DNA of 64,000 nt from contig NC_135258.1 in the NCBI RefSeq assembly GCF_964204865.1, forward strand, positions 10,168,001 to 10,232,000, given 5' to 3'. Origin of the DNA: Styela clava (taxonomy: Eukaryota). Position numbers and translations under genes: made by a program. Positions 53,479 through 64,000 of the stretch are shown in pieces (position 1 is the stretch's first letter; each line of letters opens with the position of its first letter). Under the pieces are notes generated by a model. It worked only from the letters and a program-made list of their open reading frames with translations, searched no databases and was not told where the DNA came from.

Positions 53479-56400
53479 CTACGTAAGTGAAAATGAAGGT
53501 ATCGCTGAAGTTGGATCTTCCATTTCCATCTTATTGTCCAGGGCAATATAACCCTCCCAAAAGTTTGGTACTGTATAACCATTATCCATTTTAAAAATCA
53601 CTGTGTGGTTTAACATTACCATAGATCTGATTTTCAGCATTCTGGTCGTATTTTGAGAGTTAATAACTTTCCAGAATGATTTTGCAGCACTTGTGTATCG
53701 GGACTTGTAAAAAGCATCAATGCCAGTGCTGAAGGTGGATGAAACATTGCTGAGTACGTTCCCAGAATGACTTTGAATTGCTGTTGAAACGAATGTACGC
53801 AGGCAATTGTTTACCCATACGCAAATGTTGCCGTAGAGTATGTCAATCAAATAGCGAACGTTGTAATTCTTAACATCACCATTCCGGAGATCCGCATGTA
53901 ACAATTTCCAAAAGTAGTTGACGCTTTTAGAGAAATCAAATGTTTCCATTTCAGAACTTAAGGCCGGCATAGAAATGAAAGAATTAGATTCCACTTTCAT
54001 TGTTTCCCAAAGGTTTTGTTTATTTGTCTGTATCATAAGTTTTGAGAGGGATTTTCGAATGACGTAAGATTCCGTAAGGTCACGCAGCAAACCTAGAATA
54101 TGTGCATGGGTAAAATGGTGACGAAAAATATTTACAATTTTCCACAATCTGCTTGAGTACTTCAGTATCTCGCCTGCAATCATTTTATCAAGATAACGAC
54201 GCAAAAGTGAAGAGAAAGTCGTCATAATGACAAATTTTAAACGACCATCATTTTGCACTTCATTCGGAGATTCAGAAAAAACCTGAATAAATAAATCAAC
54301 ATCGAATTCTTCCATGCGACGAATGTCGATTTTTAACAGCAAATAAATTGCACTATTGTAACGAAAGTTGTTCAATTTATCATCTTGTGGATTTCTACAT
54401 ATTTCAAGTGCTCTGTTAATAAGATCTGACCTAGTGGATGCATCAGTTTCTTTATCAGCTACTTTTAAAAGACAAATCATCTTCATTAGGTCCATTCCAT
54501 CTTTTGCTGTTATTTTCCCCACAATTCCCATTTGCGATTCCTGAATTACATCTGTGGCTTTTAATGTGTAATATCCGTCTTCAAATAAGTCTTGGCCAAC
54601 TTGTGTGCACAATATAGTTTCAGAAAATTCTATCAACATGGGTTTCCCAATTTTCTTACACCCTCGTTCGATTGAGTCGTTTAAAACATCACGTAAACCT
54701 TGCGCTCCACATTCCAGCATATCCATATTTAACTGAGCTATTGCCACCCCAAGTCGAAATGCTAAATTCGAATATATATCATCGTATTTTAATAATTCCT
54801 CCTTACACAATTCAAGCATTTCTTCCGGCGCCATGACTTGCTCCATGGATACAGCCTCATCGGTACGAATCATCAGCATACTTCCACCAAAATCGAAGTA
54901 CCAGCTTGCAATTTCTTTGTCAGCCATGCTTCTTTCGAACCAAATTTTATGAATTTTCATCAATTCGCTTCGTCTGTCTTGGTCTTCATATATATTAGAC
55001 AGCAAACCACAAGCATTTGTAATTTTAAGATTATCTTCAGAATGTTCGATGATTTTTAACAGTCTCTTTTCAGTTGTTTCTAACCATTCTTCTGAAGGCG
55101 ATATCCCGAGTCTGCTGTTCTCCATGAGAACAGAATGAATGCGCCATATTTCTAGTTTTTCGGTTTTAAAATTGGACATATCAGTCAGTTCTTTTTCTAG
55201 AGATGTGAGCGCATCGTCATATTCACTCAAAAACATCAAGGCTGGAGTGATTCCACTTGATATACCAGGTCCCGGTTCGATTGTACGTTTTGATTTAATG
55301 CCCAAGTGTTTCATAATGTAAGCCCGCATAACTTCAGCAAACTTGTGCGTATGTTGTAGACAGTTTACTGCACATTTCTTGCTTATAAATTTGTATAAGT
55401 CGTTTGGCGTAACTTTGTATCTACGACAACCTCCTTCTGCGTAAACCTTGAGTCTAAGTTCGCAGGCAGTAGCAAGTGCATATTGAGTCTCATGGAAATC
55501 TCCCTCAAACATAAAATCTAATTTTGACAAGATATCAAAGCTAGAATTGGAAGAAATTTTATAAATGCGCGCAGCGTATGCAATCAGTGCTGTAAGTGGT
55601 CGATAAAAAGACGTTTTCACGTCAAATTTCACGGATTCGTGGAGAACCCAAGTTGTTCCGGTTACGCCCACGTTAACGTTCTTTTCTATTTCATCGAATA
55701 CCTCTTTATATCTTTTTCTATCCATTTCTTCTCCGATAACATTGCCGACAAGATATCTGAAATTGTTGTAAACCTTTTTATCTCCATATACAAAGCATGT
55801 TCTGGTTAAAATATCTTTCAGATAGTAGCCATTCTTGATATGCTCTTCTGTCGTCAAATAGGAAGCCATCTTACTTGCTGGTTGAATGAGTTCAACTTTA
55901 TGTTGTCTCTTTTTTGTTGGTTCTTGTCGCCCAAGTGGCGTATTACAAGAATGAGGAACCATTCCATCAAAACATACTCCGCTTGTTGTGAACATATCAT
56001 AATACCAATTTTTCGATTTATCTTCCGAATATAAGTCATTGATAGATTTGACACCGACACTACGAATGATTGTTTCACCCAAGCCTGTCATTACGACTTG
56101 AAAAATCACTGCGAACCATCGGAAATATTCTTGCACTTTTTCATATTCTGTAGATTGCTGTACTCCTTCCTCCAGCACAATGACATGTTCAAAATCAGAA
56201 TAAAGTGTTATTTCTTCGCGGGTTAAAGATCCTAGCCCAACGATTGCAAAAGCACACGGTGGATCCCCAAGAATATCTATGCAATTTCTGGCTATGTACT
56301 GCATTAAATGTTTAAAATGACTCGTAGTATTTTTCATAAGTTTGTGAATGGATTGAATTCTCTCCTTCTGTTTACGGTGAATTTCAGATTCAGTCAAATC

Positions 56401-56823
56401 TTCCTCAATCAATTCTAAAGTTTCAATGGAATTTCTCTCTAAGCCACGAAATAGTTTGAATCCTCTGTAGATATTTTTAGAAAGATTATCAACACTGATA
56501 TCTTGATTTGCGGCGTTGGATGCTGCTAATAATCTGGCATCCAATAATTTCAAAACCGGTTGTAGATTTTCAATACCTTCTGTGTCTGAAATTATTTCAA
56601 ACCTTACTCTTGCCCCATGTAGCAATGTAGCACTTTTAATAAAATCCATCTTTTGTGTCATACCTGTTGATGTTTCCGTTTTATCCATATATAATTTACC
56701 CATTTTATATAAAATGTCCGAACATTCCTTTAGTTTGGTAATTCTCTCATCTCCATAAGGTGTGCAAACTGCTTGTAAGCTGTCCGCCAAATCTTTCTCC
56801 TCTTGAGTTATCGCGTCAGTCAT
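53479..56823 (-). CDS. Intronless 1114-aa protein: DUF294/GlnD-GlnE-like (Pol-beta superfamily) nucleotidyltransferase, helical substrate-binding domain and long helical/TPR-like C-terminus
   Basis: Uninterrupted 3345-nt ORF. Motif CAFAIVGLGSLTREEITLYSDFEHVIVL (aa ~190-217) fits hGS-x-x-R-x-E-x4-SD-x-[DE]. FDVKTSFYRPLTALIAYAARIYKISSNSSFDILSKL (aa ~399-435) resembles the DUF294_C/GlnE helical domain. The ORF is certain; the domain call comes from motif recognition. Confidence 0.85.
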   Translation of the reverse strand: MTDAITQEEKDLADSLQAVCTPYGDERITKLKECSDILYKMGKLYMDKTETSTGMTQKMDFIKSATLLHGARVRFEIISDTEGIENLQPVLKLLDARLLAASNAANQDISVDNLSKNIYRGFKLFRGLERNSIETLELIEEDLTESEIHRKQKERIQSIHKLMKNTTSHFKHLMQYIARNCIDILGDPPCAFAIVGLGSLTREEITLYSDFEHVIVLEEGVQQSTEYEKVQEYFRWFAVIFQVVMTGLGETIIRSVGVKSINDLYSEDKSKNWYYDMFTTSGVCFDGMVPHSCNTPLGRQEPTKKRQHKVELIQPASKMASYLTTEEHIKNGYYLKDILTRTCFVYGDKKVYNNFRYLVGNVIGEEMDRKRYKEVFDEIEKNVNVGVTGTTWVLHESVKFDVKTSFYRPLTALIAYAARIYKISSNSSFDILSKLDFMFEGDFHETQYALATACELRLKVYAEGGCRRYKVTPNDLYKFISKKCAVNCLQHTHKFAEVMRAYIMKHLGIKSKRTIEPGPGISSGITPALMFLSEYDDALTSLEKELTDMSNFKTEKLEIWRIHSVLMENSRLGISPSEEWLETTEKRLLKIIEHSEDNLKITNACGLLSNIYEDQDRRSELMKIHKIWFERSMADKEIASWYFDFGGSMLMIRTDEAVSMEQVMAPEEMLELCKEELLKYDDIYSNLAFRLGVAIAQLNMDMLECGAQGLRDVLNDSIERGCKKIGKPMLIEFSETILCTQVGQDLFEDGYYTLKATDVIQESQMGIVGKITAKDGMDLMKMICLLKVADKETDASTRSDLINRALEICRNPQDDKLNNFRYNSAIYLLLKIDIRRMEEFDVDLFIQVFSESPNEVQNDGRLKFVIMTTFSSLLRRYLDKMIAGEILKYSSRLWKIVNIFRHHFTHAHILGLLRDLTESYVIRKSLSKLMIQTNKQNLWETMKVESNSFISMPALSSEMETFDFSKSVNYFWKLLHADLRNGDVKNYNVRYLIDILYGNICVWVNNCLRTFVSTAIQSHSGNVLSNVSSTFSTGIDAFYKSRYTSAAKSFWKVINSQNTTRMLKIRSMVMLNHTVIFKMDNGYTVPNFWEGYIALDNKMEMEDPTSAIPSFSLT

Positions 56824-59800
56824 ATCTAATCTGTTTTAACGCTGTATATATGTAGAGATATTCATATACAATGTAATTAATAGTAAGAACTTAAATTTAG
56901 ACTAAAAGCAATTATGAAAGCTAATCACACAGTCCTGTCATCTACATAACAAAATACAAGAAGTGATACGTAGGCCTATATTGGAATCCCATTCAACAAG
57001 TAAATTTCGTTTATTCACTACATAACAATTCAGTCTGGGTAAGGGTAAGAAATCGAACACTTCACACCAACGCTTTATTATGTGTGCCTATTCGGGCGTA
57101 TCACGAAAACTGCAATCCATTTTACAACATTTTGTGTAAATTTCATCAAACTAACTTAACAAATAACAACTGGTTGAAAAAGGGAAATACCATATTGTAA
57201 ATTACCATTTAACAAATATGAAAAAGAATTGTTGTTTACCCTACATCCAACGCTTGAACTCATAAACCTCATAACAACATAGGCCTCAAAAGGCGATATA
57301 AAACTTAGTGGTCCAAAACTAGAACGCTTGAGAGTCTCGATAAATATAAGAACAGTAAAAAAGACATAGAATTTGAGCATTACACAACACCGCGTAGGCT
57401 TTACGTATGTCCGTTTATTCAGGTCTTCGGGTCATATTCTTTTATTTATTAGCAAACAGAAAACTACTGACAGATGACATTTTTATTATTTATTGACTAA
57501 ACTAGCCTACGCTAGGGTCTTTTGTGTTTGATCTACAATTGAAGTGTAGCGTCGTTAGATATATATAATCTGTAAAAAACTTTACACATCATTTGGTACC
57601 TTAAGTATTCTTACGGCTGTGGAGTTATAGATAAGTTCCAAAATCAGATTACAGATGCACAATGAAATTCTATCTCCGACTTCCGAACGTGCAAAAAACG
57701 ACTCCGATTTAAAGTCGGCACATCATGTTGAGCGTTGAAAACAAGCTTGGTACCACTCGCCGCCTATTTACCTGTGTGACTTCGTAGGTTTAATACTTGT
57801 AGCCGCATATTTGTTGATATAACTCTGGTCAGTTAGGGTTTCCACAGTCAAGTCTATGTATCTGGAATGGCTACCTGGTCAACTATTTTTCATGGTTAGG
57901 CAGTCGTCCCCTTCCATGAGATAAATATAAAAATCCGTTCCACACTGTTGCAGAAATTTTCGATTAAGTTGAATTTTAAATTGCTGTAACATATTCTGGA
58001 TACCACCTTCCTGCTTGGCTCCAAAATAAGACCATCTCCTGACAAAGTGTGCAGTCGAGCAGGCGCCACAAATCTTGCTTTAGGAACTCTGGCAATAGAA
58101 GTGACCAATATTTTTAGACTTTTTTTAAATTTCTCACTAACGAATAGTGCATTGCTAGCGCCATGGGCTTCTCGAACTTAGAAACATTTGGGAGTGTCGG
58201 TAGCTACCATGGACCTTTCAAAACAGCTCATGTCGCTGATTCAAAGTTTTCAAAACCCTGATATTGTATCAATATCTGCGTTCCACGTATCTGTGACTGA
58301 AATTAAATATATATATAGTAATTTGTCGCTCAGTGCATATACTGTACACAATCTCAGAAGTCTTTACCACATTGACTCGTTTATTCAAACTTTTTAGTTA
58401 GTTCCACTAGGTACTGTAAATTTATAATACGTGTAAAAGAGGCGATACTGTATCGACCATAGCGCATCTCGCACGTGGAATAAACTTTATTTTGAAAGAT
58501 CAATATAAGCGACATTTGTCTATTGCACACCGTTCCGGTGACATCATTAAATTTCGAATGGTATATATTCTGGTTTAAATAGCAACGGGAACTGGTGAGG
58601 ATTTGACTGAAAGAATATAATAGTTACTGCTACGAGTCGAAATAATAATATAATACCATTATTATTCACACTGAATATTTTTGTTGACAAACTTTATACA
58701 TTTCACGTTAATTCAGAGATCGGTCGTCTGCGATGTCCTATTTCAGGAAACATGTCTTTCTATCATAACGGTATCAAGGTTAGTGTATCGAAAACGCAGT
58801 AATTGTCATCGCTGAAGTTGTCAAAATTGCGGGTGTTTACTTGTTTGGTTGTCTTACTTAGATAGGTGCTCACTGTTTTTCCATAAGAAAGATTGATAGT
58901 CCAGAGGACAGGCCTAGGACAGACTTGAGCTGTATTTAGAAATATCCTTAGTGTAACAATTAATGTCAAATTTACAAGAAATAGATGCATTTCTAATATT
59001 ATATAGTAAAAAAAGGATATTTTCTTTTTATAGCTTCTTTCATTGTTGGCTACATAATGGTTTTAATTATTTAAAAATTATCGAAGTAGTTAAATATGCA
59101 TGCAACTGCTTTCGTTGTTATAGTTGAACTATATATAAGAAGTACCGAAATATATTTGTATTTGTGCAGAAATACTCTTTAGTCACTTAGGAAACGAAAA
59201 TGTGATGTGAAATTACCGCCTAAACTTCTTGGATAATGCCAAACAAAAATATGATGTGAAATTTTTATGTTTTTTTCTTCTTTCAAATTAGCCTGTATGA
59301 CGCAGAAGGAAACTTTTGCCGGACGCGTTTAGTCAAAATTGAAAACTCATTCAATTTTCAACAAAGCACGTACAGAGGTATGTCTCATTCAAAATAGGGC
59401 AGCGGTTCCCGAAGGTTGCGTCGCGGCGCATTAGTGTGTATATAAATCAATAAATTTATTTTCCTCTTCGTTGTCGTTTACTTCCTGTTACGTAGTGTCT
59501 GCCTTTATTCTTACATAATAATAGAGGGAAAAACTACCTGGTGCCATTTCGCGAGCTGCAGTTCATATAACTACTGAAACGAGTTTAGCGAATATGGGTG
59601 ATTTTGTTAGCATTTTGAATGAAAATCGAGCAGAGATGAGGAAGAAGAGTTGACCTTTTGCCTTTATTCCTTATGCCTACGTGTTTACAAACTTTCTAAT
59701 GCATACAGTACACATTAGCGATAACAAAATTGAGCTTTATTTGAAAAGCTGCATTTTTTTCGTGCAAGTGCGCCGTGAGTTTTTGTCCGTTATAATTTGG

Positions 59801-60081
59801 CGTCGCATTATATTTTGCTCTTCATAATATATGGACACGAAGTTCATTACAAAATGTTTTACCATCATTTCTCTGAAAATCATACGGTTTTCGTGTCCCA
59901 TGGTAAATACAAATGTGTGCTATCCCATCCCGTTCCCATGGACAAGCCTGTATATCTATATATATAAAACAATCACTCATTGATCGTTTCAAAGCTTCTT
60001 CGCACGACTACGCTGCCGGTATCTTGTTCCGCAACAGTGCTTTAACTAGCCTTTTATTACGCGTTTGGCCTTGGTGCTGTG

Positions 60082-63000
60082 ATGGAGAAGTTCAGTGAAA
60101 AAGTGGTGATCATAACAGGTGAATGGCAATAGCTTTCTGCGTTATAGTAATCTAAAATTATTATTTCTCGACAAACTCGAGCGTTTTTTTCGAGTATAAT
60201 TATTTGACGTAAATGGAGTTTTATGATAGGCAGTGCGAGTGGACTTGTGGAAATGTTCTGAAACGTTAGGCACATGCTTTGAAAAAAAATGTAAAAAGGG
60301 CATAAAACAGTATAATATTTGACTTACTGATTTACAGTATTATTTAACACGACACCATGATGCTCAGCTGCTCGCTCGCATGGGTTCGCCAAATTTGAAC
60401 TTTTTTTCAAGGCAAAAGATAATTTACGATGATTAATTATAGGCATACAGCATTACTACAAAAAACTGAAATTTAATCGTTGTTCAACACATGGGCCAAT
60501 ATTTTTATAAATTGATCCAGTTGCGAAATCACTTTCCCCAAATCATACCAGCTCATACATTAGAGAGTTGGTTAATTTCGAAAACTTATATGAGCCTGCC
60601 GCTACAGGTCTTTTTTGTTCGTTTTTATTTCTACAACAGGTGCATCAAGTGGAATAGGAGAGGCCACTGCCGTTGCCTTTTCAAAACAAGTGGCAAAATT
60701 AACAATTTGTGGAAGAAACAAAGAAAGACTAGAAGAAACTGCTAAAAAATGTAGAGATAATGGCGCAGAGGTTTGTCAACTATGTAAACTATTAAATTCA
60801 AAGTAACTAAAACAATGAACGTTATAAAAGAGTCGCTAATGAATTAGAGTGGAAACTAATCGACTTAAGCGCAGTTCAACTTTTCTGCTCATAGTATAAA
60901 AATATCACAAAAGAACTATACCTTTGTTTAAAATGAATATGACGAATTTTAGGTTTTACAAATAGTTGGAGATCTATCAAAGTTTGAAGAATTGAAACCC
61001 GTGATCGATATAACAGTTAGCAAGTTTTCCAGAATTGATATCTTGATAAACAACGCGGGTCGCCTGGAACATTGTCCAATTTCTGAAGTAAGTTGTGTTT
61101 GTATCTTATAGCAATAGTTGCAATATGTTGTGTGCGAAAAGATTGATTTGGAAATAGGTCTTTACTGTAGATTCGAGTAACTTTCAACCACCGAATTTTA
61201 AAAGAATGTGCTCAATGCGCGACACACACAATGTTATTTTACAAGTCAATTTCATGCATGATTCTATGATATTTCGAGAATAAAACCAAAACGAGAAAGA
61301 ACTCTGATCACAGGATTTCGTGCCCACCCCCAAGAATCGAACATTCCCAATTTCGATATTGATTTTTGAATACAATTGTATAAATTTATGGTTTCAAACG
61401 AATTCTAATTTATCTGTTACATGAAATATTTCAATCACATTGTGCAATAATATATTGACGGATTTTCGACAACACAAGATCCAGTGTTCTTTTTAAAATG
61501 GGTTAGATTAGAGATATTCCCAAATGCATGTCAAATTGTACAAAAGGAATTTAGACGGTGACTACAAATTAACTTTAACATTTCTAATTTATTTATTTAT
61601 CATATTTTAGCTCCAGCTTGATTTATTTGAAGATTTGTTTGCGATTCTTGTTCGTGCACCTGTTTTTCTTTGTAAATATGCATTGCCTCACCTTAAAGAG
61701 ACAAAAGGTAAAATAACAATTTTATTCAACCAAAAACTTTCGAAGATTTTTTTCAGTATTTGCTTGTATTTTTTAGGTTGCGTGGTCAATGTGTCAAGTA
61801 CAGCAAGTCTCAAAACATTTCCTTTGACATTCAATGTGTCGTATGAAATGTTTAAAGCAGCGTTAGACAATTTCACAAGAGGGTTTTCAGCAGGTGTGTG
61901 GAATGAATAAAGCTAACGTTCATTTGGGGACATGAAAAAATTATCGCTAGGGACAAAAGTCATAAATAAAACAATTAAAATCAATCTAATGACACAGGTA
62001 ATATACCTTAGAATATAACAACTTGTTGTTCGTTGAATGGTGGACCATACCAATCACCGACGCATGAAAAGGTATTTAGCAAGTGTGGAACTGCGATAAA
62101 TTATATTAAATCTGGTTGGTCATTGAGAAATTGTTTGTGGCTTTTTAGCTAAATAATGCCCTGTAAAAAAAAGTTATGGCGGTTCACAGTTCTAAGAAAT
62201 TCTGGTTCAACTCGGTTTAATATTATTAATTCATAAAACAACAGTAAAATCTTACTAAGATGATAACAAGATTGCCCTACCATATATACTACTCATCTTT
62301 AACTAATTTCATTTAGGTGTTACTGTTAGATAATTTTTTATAGTTATGTATTTTATCCAATTGTTCGCTTATTATCAACATTTTGTTTTTCAGAATGTGC
62401 TTCATATGGCGTTCGTGTTAACAGCATCAAGTAAGATATTTTTATACCTATATATTTGAAATTATTTTTGATCTTCCGATCATTTTGTTTCAAAAACGAA
62501 AAAAAACGAGTCAGTCGTAATTAATGAGGTATTTGAATAATTGAGAAGTAGAGTTTTTCGGAGATTGTATTACAACAAAAGTATGACGTCAGTAAAAACC
62601 ATAAATCACGTTAAAAGTAATATCAGAATATTAAAAACATCTTAAAAAAAACAGGCACATTCCGAAATGGCACGTAGCCTGATGTGCCAACTCTAATCCG
62701 AAGTTTAAAAATATGAAAATTGAAAGTATAAAGCGAATTGCGTTTCTAACATTATTTACCCAGCCCAACATTATTTACCCAATTATTTTAGTCCTACATA
62801 CGGAGTTATATTCATCAATATTGATAGAAGGAAATCTTGACCCACTCCATTCAATTTATCTCCTTCAATTCAAACTGCTCTCATTTTTTGACCAAACAGT
62901 CCAGGTGTTGTGAAAACGAGACTTGTTGAAAATTCAAAATACACAAAAGAGCAATTTGAGAAGGTTAGTTACGTTGCTGTGATATCCACATGAGTTTATC

Positions 63001-63582
63001 CATAAAGTGATTACAGGGAGTTGGCCTTGTTGCAACACTGAAAGTCTGCATGAGATTATTTTTGGTGCCTTTTCTGAATGATAATATCAAATTTTTGTTC
63101 CATTTAACAGTCACTTGCATTATACTATACCTATGTAAGTACTTAACTTGTATAAAGGAGAAAGCAGCTATACATCATGCCATAAATCATTTCTAAACAC
63201 AATTGACGAAATATTGAAATAAATGAATTGAAAGTAGGTTGAAATCTAAATATTTCATGCATATATGCATTGAATGCTTGTATTTTATATTGCATATTTT
63301 CAATAAATTTCCGACGAGGATCGTGTAATATATTCGAATAATCGACATGCTTATTGACGGCGGAACTGTATGAAACACTATACACGTGAAAGAATAACAA
63401 AGAATGATATTATAAACATTATATATTTTATCATCTTTCAGATTATGGAAAATTTCAGTAAAATTCACAAGCTTGGATTTATGGAACCAGAAACTATAGC
63501 TGATGGAATAGTATTTTTATGTTCTTCGTCTCACATTACTGGTATAATGCTGCCGGTAGACTCCGGATCTTTGAACGCTTGA
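60082..63582 (+). CDS. Classical SDR (FabG-like SDR-2), 8 coding exons, complete
   Basis: Exons approximately 60082-60118, 60640-60770, 60953-61087, 61611-61707, 61777-61893, 62394-62430, 62900-62963, 63443-63582. Motifs: VIITGASSGIG, LINNAG, VNVSS, YEMFK, GVRVNSINPG, PETIADGIVFLCS, ITGIMLPVDSG. Intron positions match SDR-1. Confidence 0.92.
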
Positions 63583-64000
63583 AAATAACTAATTTTCAAG
63601 TAGCAAATATATACATACCATGTATTAAATAAAATATTAATTCCCAGTTTGTCTGCTTTTTACCAAGTTAGAACGACATTCTGTGTTTTATATCAGCAGG
63701 AACTTTTTCTACTGATTGAGTCACGCAATATAATTTTGCAGCACTTGTATCAGGGTCGAGTCTTAAAATCCTAGGATGGCGCTGTGTAGTCTTGATCATT
63801 ACAATGCAGCACTTGTATCAGAGTGAGGCGATTTCTGGTACTTGATCTTATTAACTCCCATGTGTGAAGTATAGATTCACATAAGAATGAAGAACCAAAA
63901 GCGTTAACAACAGCTCAAATATACGGTGCCTTAAAAACGTCGCGTCCCAAACTTGCCAGCGCAACCATATTTTTGCCATTAGATGCAGGGCAGAATAACT

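Noticed and set aside
54838-56758. Small ORFs overlapping the NTase CDS
   Set aside because: Shadow ORFs of the long coding sequence.
53479-56823. Bacterial contamination as the source of the intronless ORF
   Set aside because: It is flanked by the same MITE family found in host introns, has a locally duplicated pseudogene, and sits among spliced genes.
56824-56840. AG 7 nt upstream of the NTase ATG as a 5' UTR or trans-splice acceptor
   Set aside because: It is conserved in the pseudogene but has no polypyrimidine tract, so it cannot be supported without transcripts.

Overview
AT-rich eukaryotic (metazoan) DNA with spliceosomal introns. The gene style suggests an invertebrate chordate such as an ascidian, but that is inference only. 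Most short ORFs in the supplied track are spurious, and the real genes were rebuilt by hand from splice sites. Left to right: (1) a 2-exon G-protein gamma subunit gene that the ORF track misses (5473-6088, +); (2) several TIR/TSD-bearing non-autonomous DNA transposons; (3) a ~15-exon White-type ABCG half-transporter (12503-~22722, -) with one GC-AG intron and an apparent frameshift near its 3' end; (4) a ~39 kb duplicated and rearranged cluster (~24.9-63.6 kb). The cluster holds an intronless 1114-aa DUF294/GlnD-GlnE-type nucleotidyltransferase with a long helical (probably TPR-like) tail (53479-56823, -) and its inverted pseudogene (25394-26460, +). It also holds three tandem 3-exon TPR-like genes whose N-terminal exons encode PSAP and PPPY (ESCRT/Nedd4 late-domain) motifs, two near-full SDR oxidoreductase genes plus two 5' SDR fragments, a 3.7-kb P-element-like insertion and a Penelope-like RT relic. 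The best candidates for an undescribed system are the bacterial-style NTase-helical-repeat gene and the PSAP/PPxY-TPR array, which together look like a birth-and-death, possibly defence-related locus. That function is a hypothesis.
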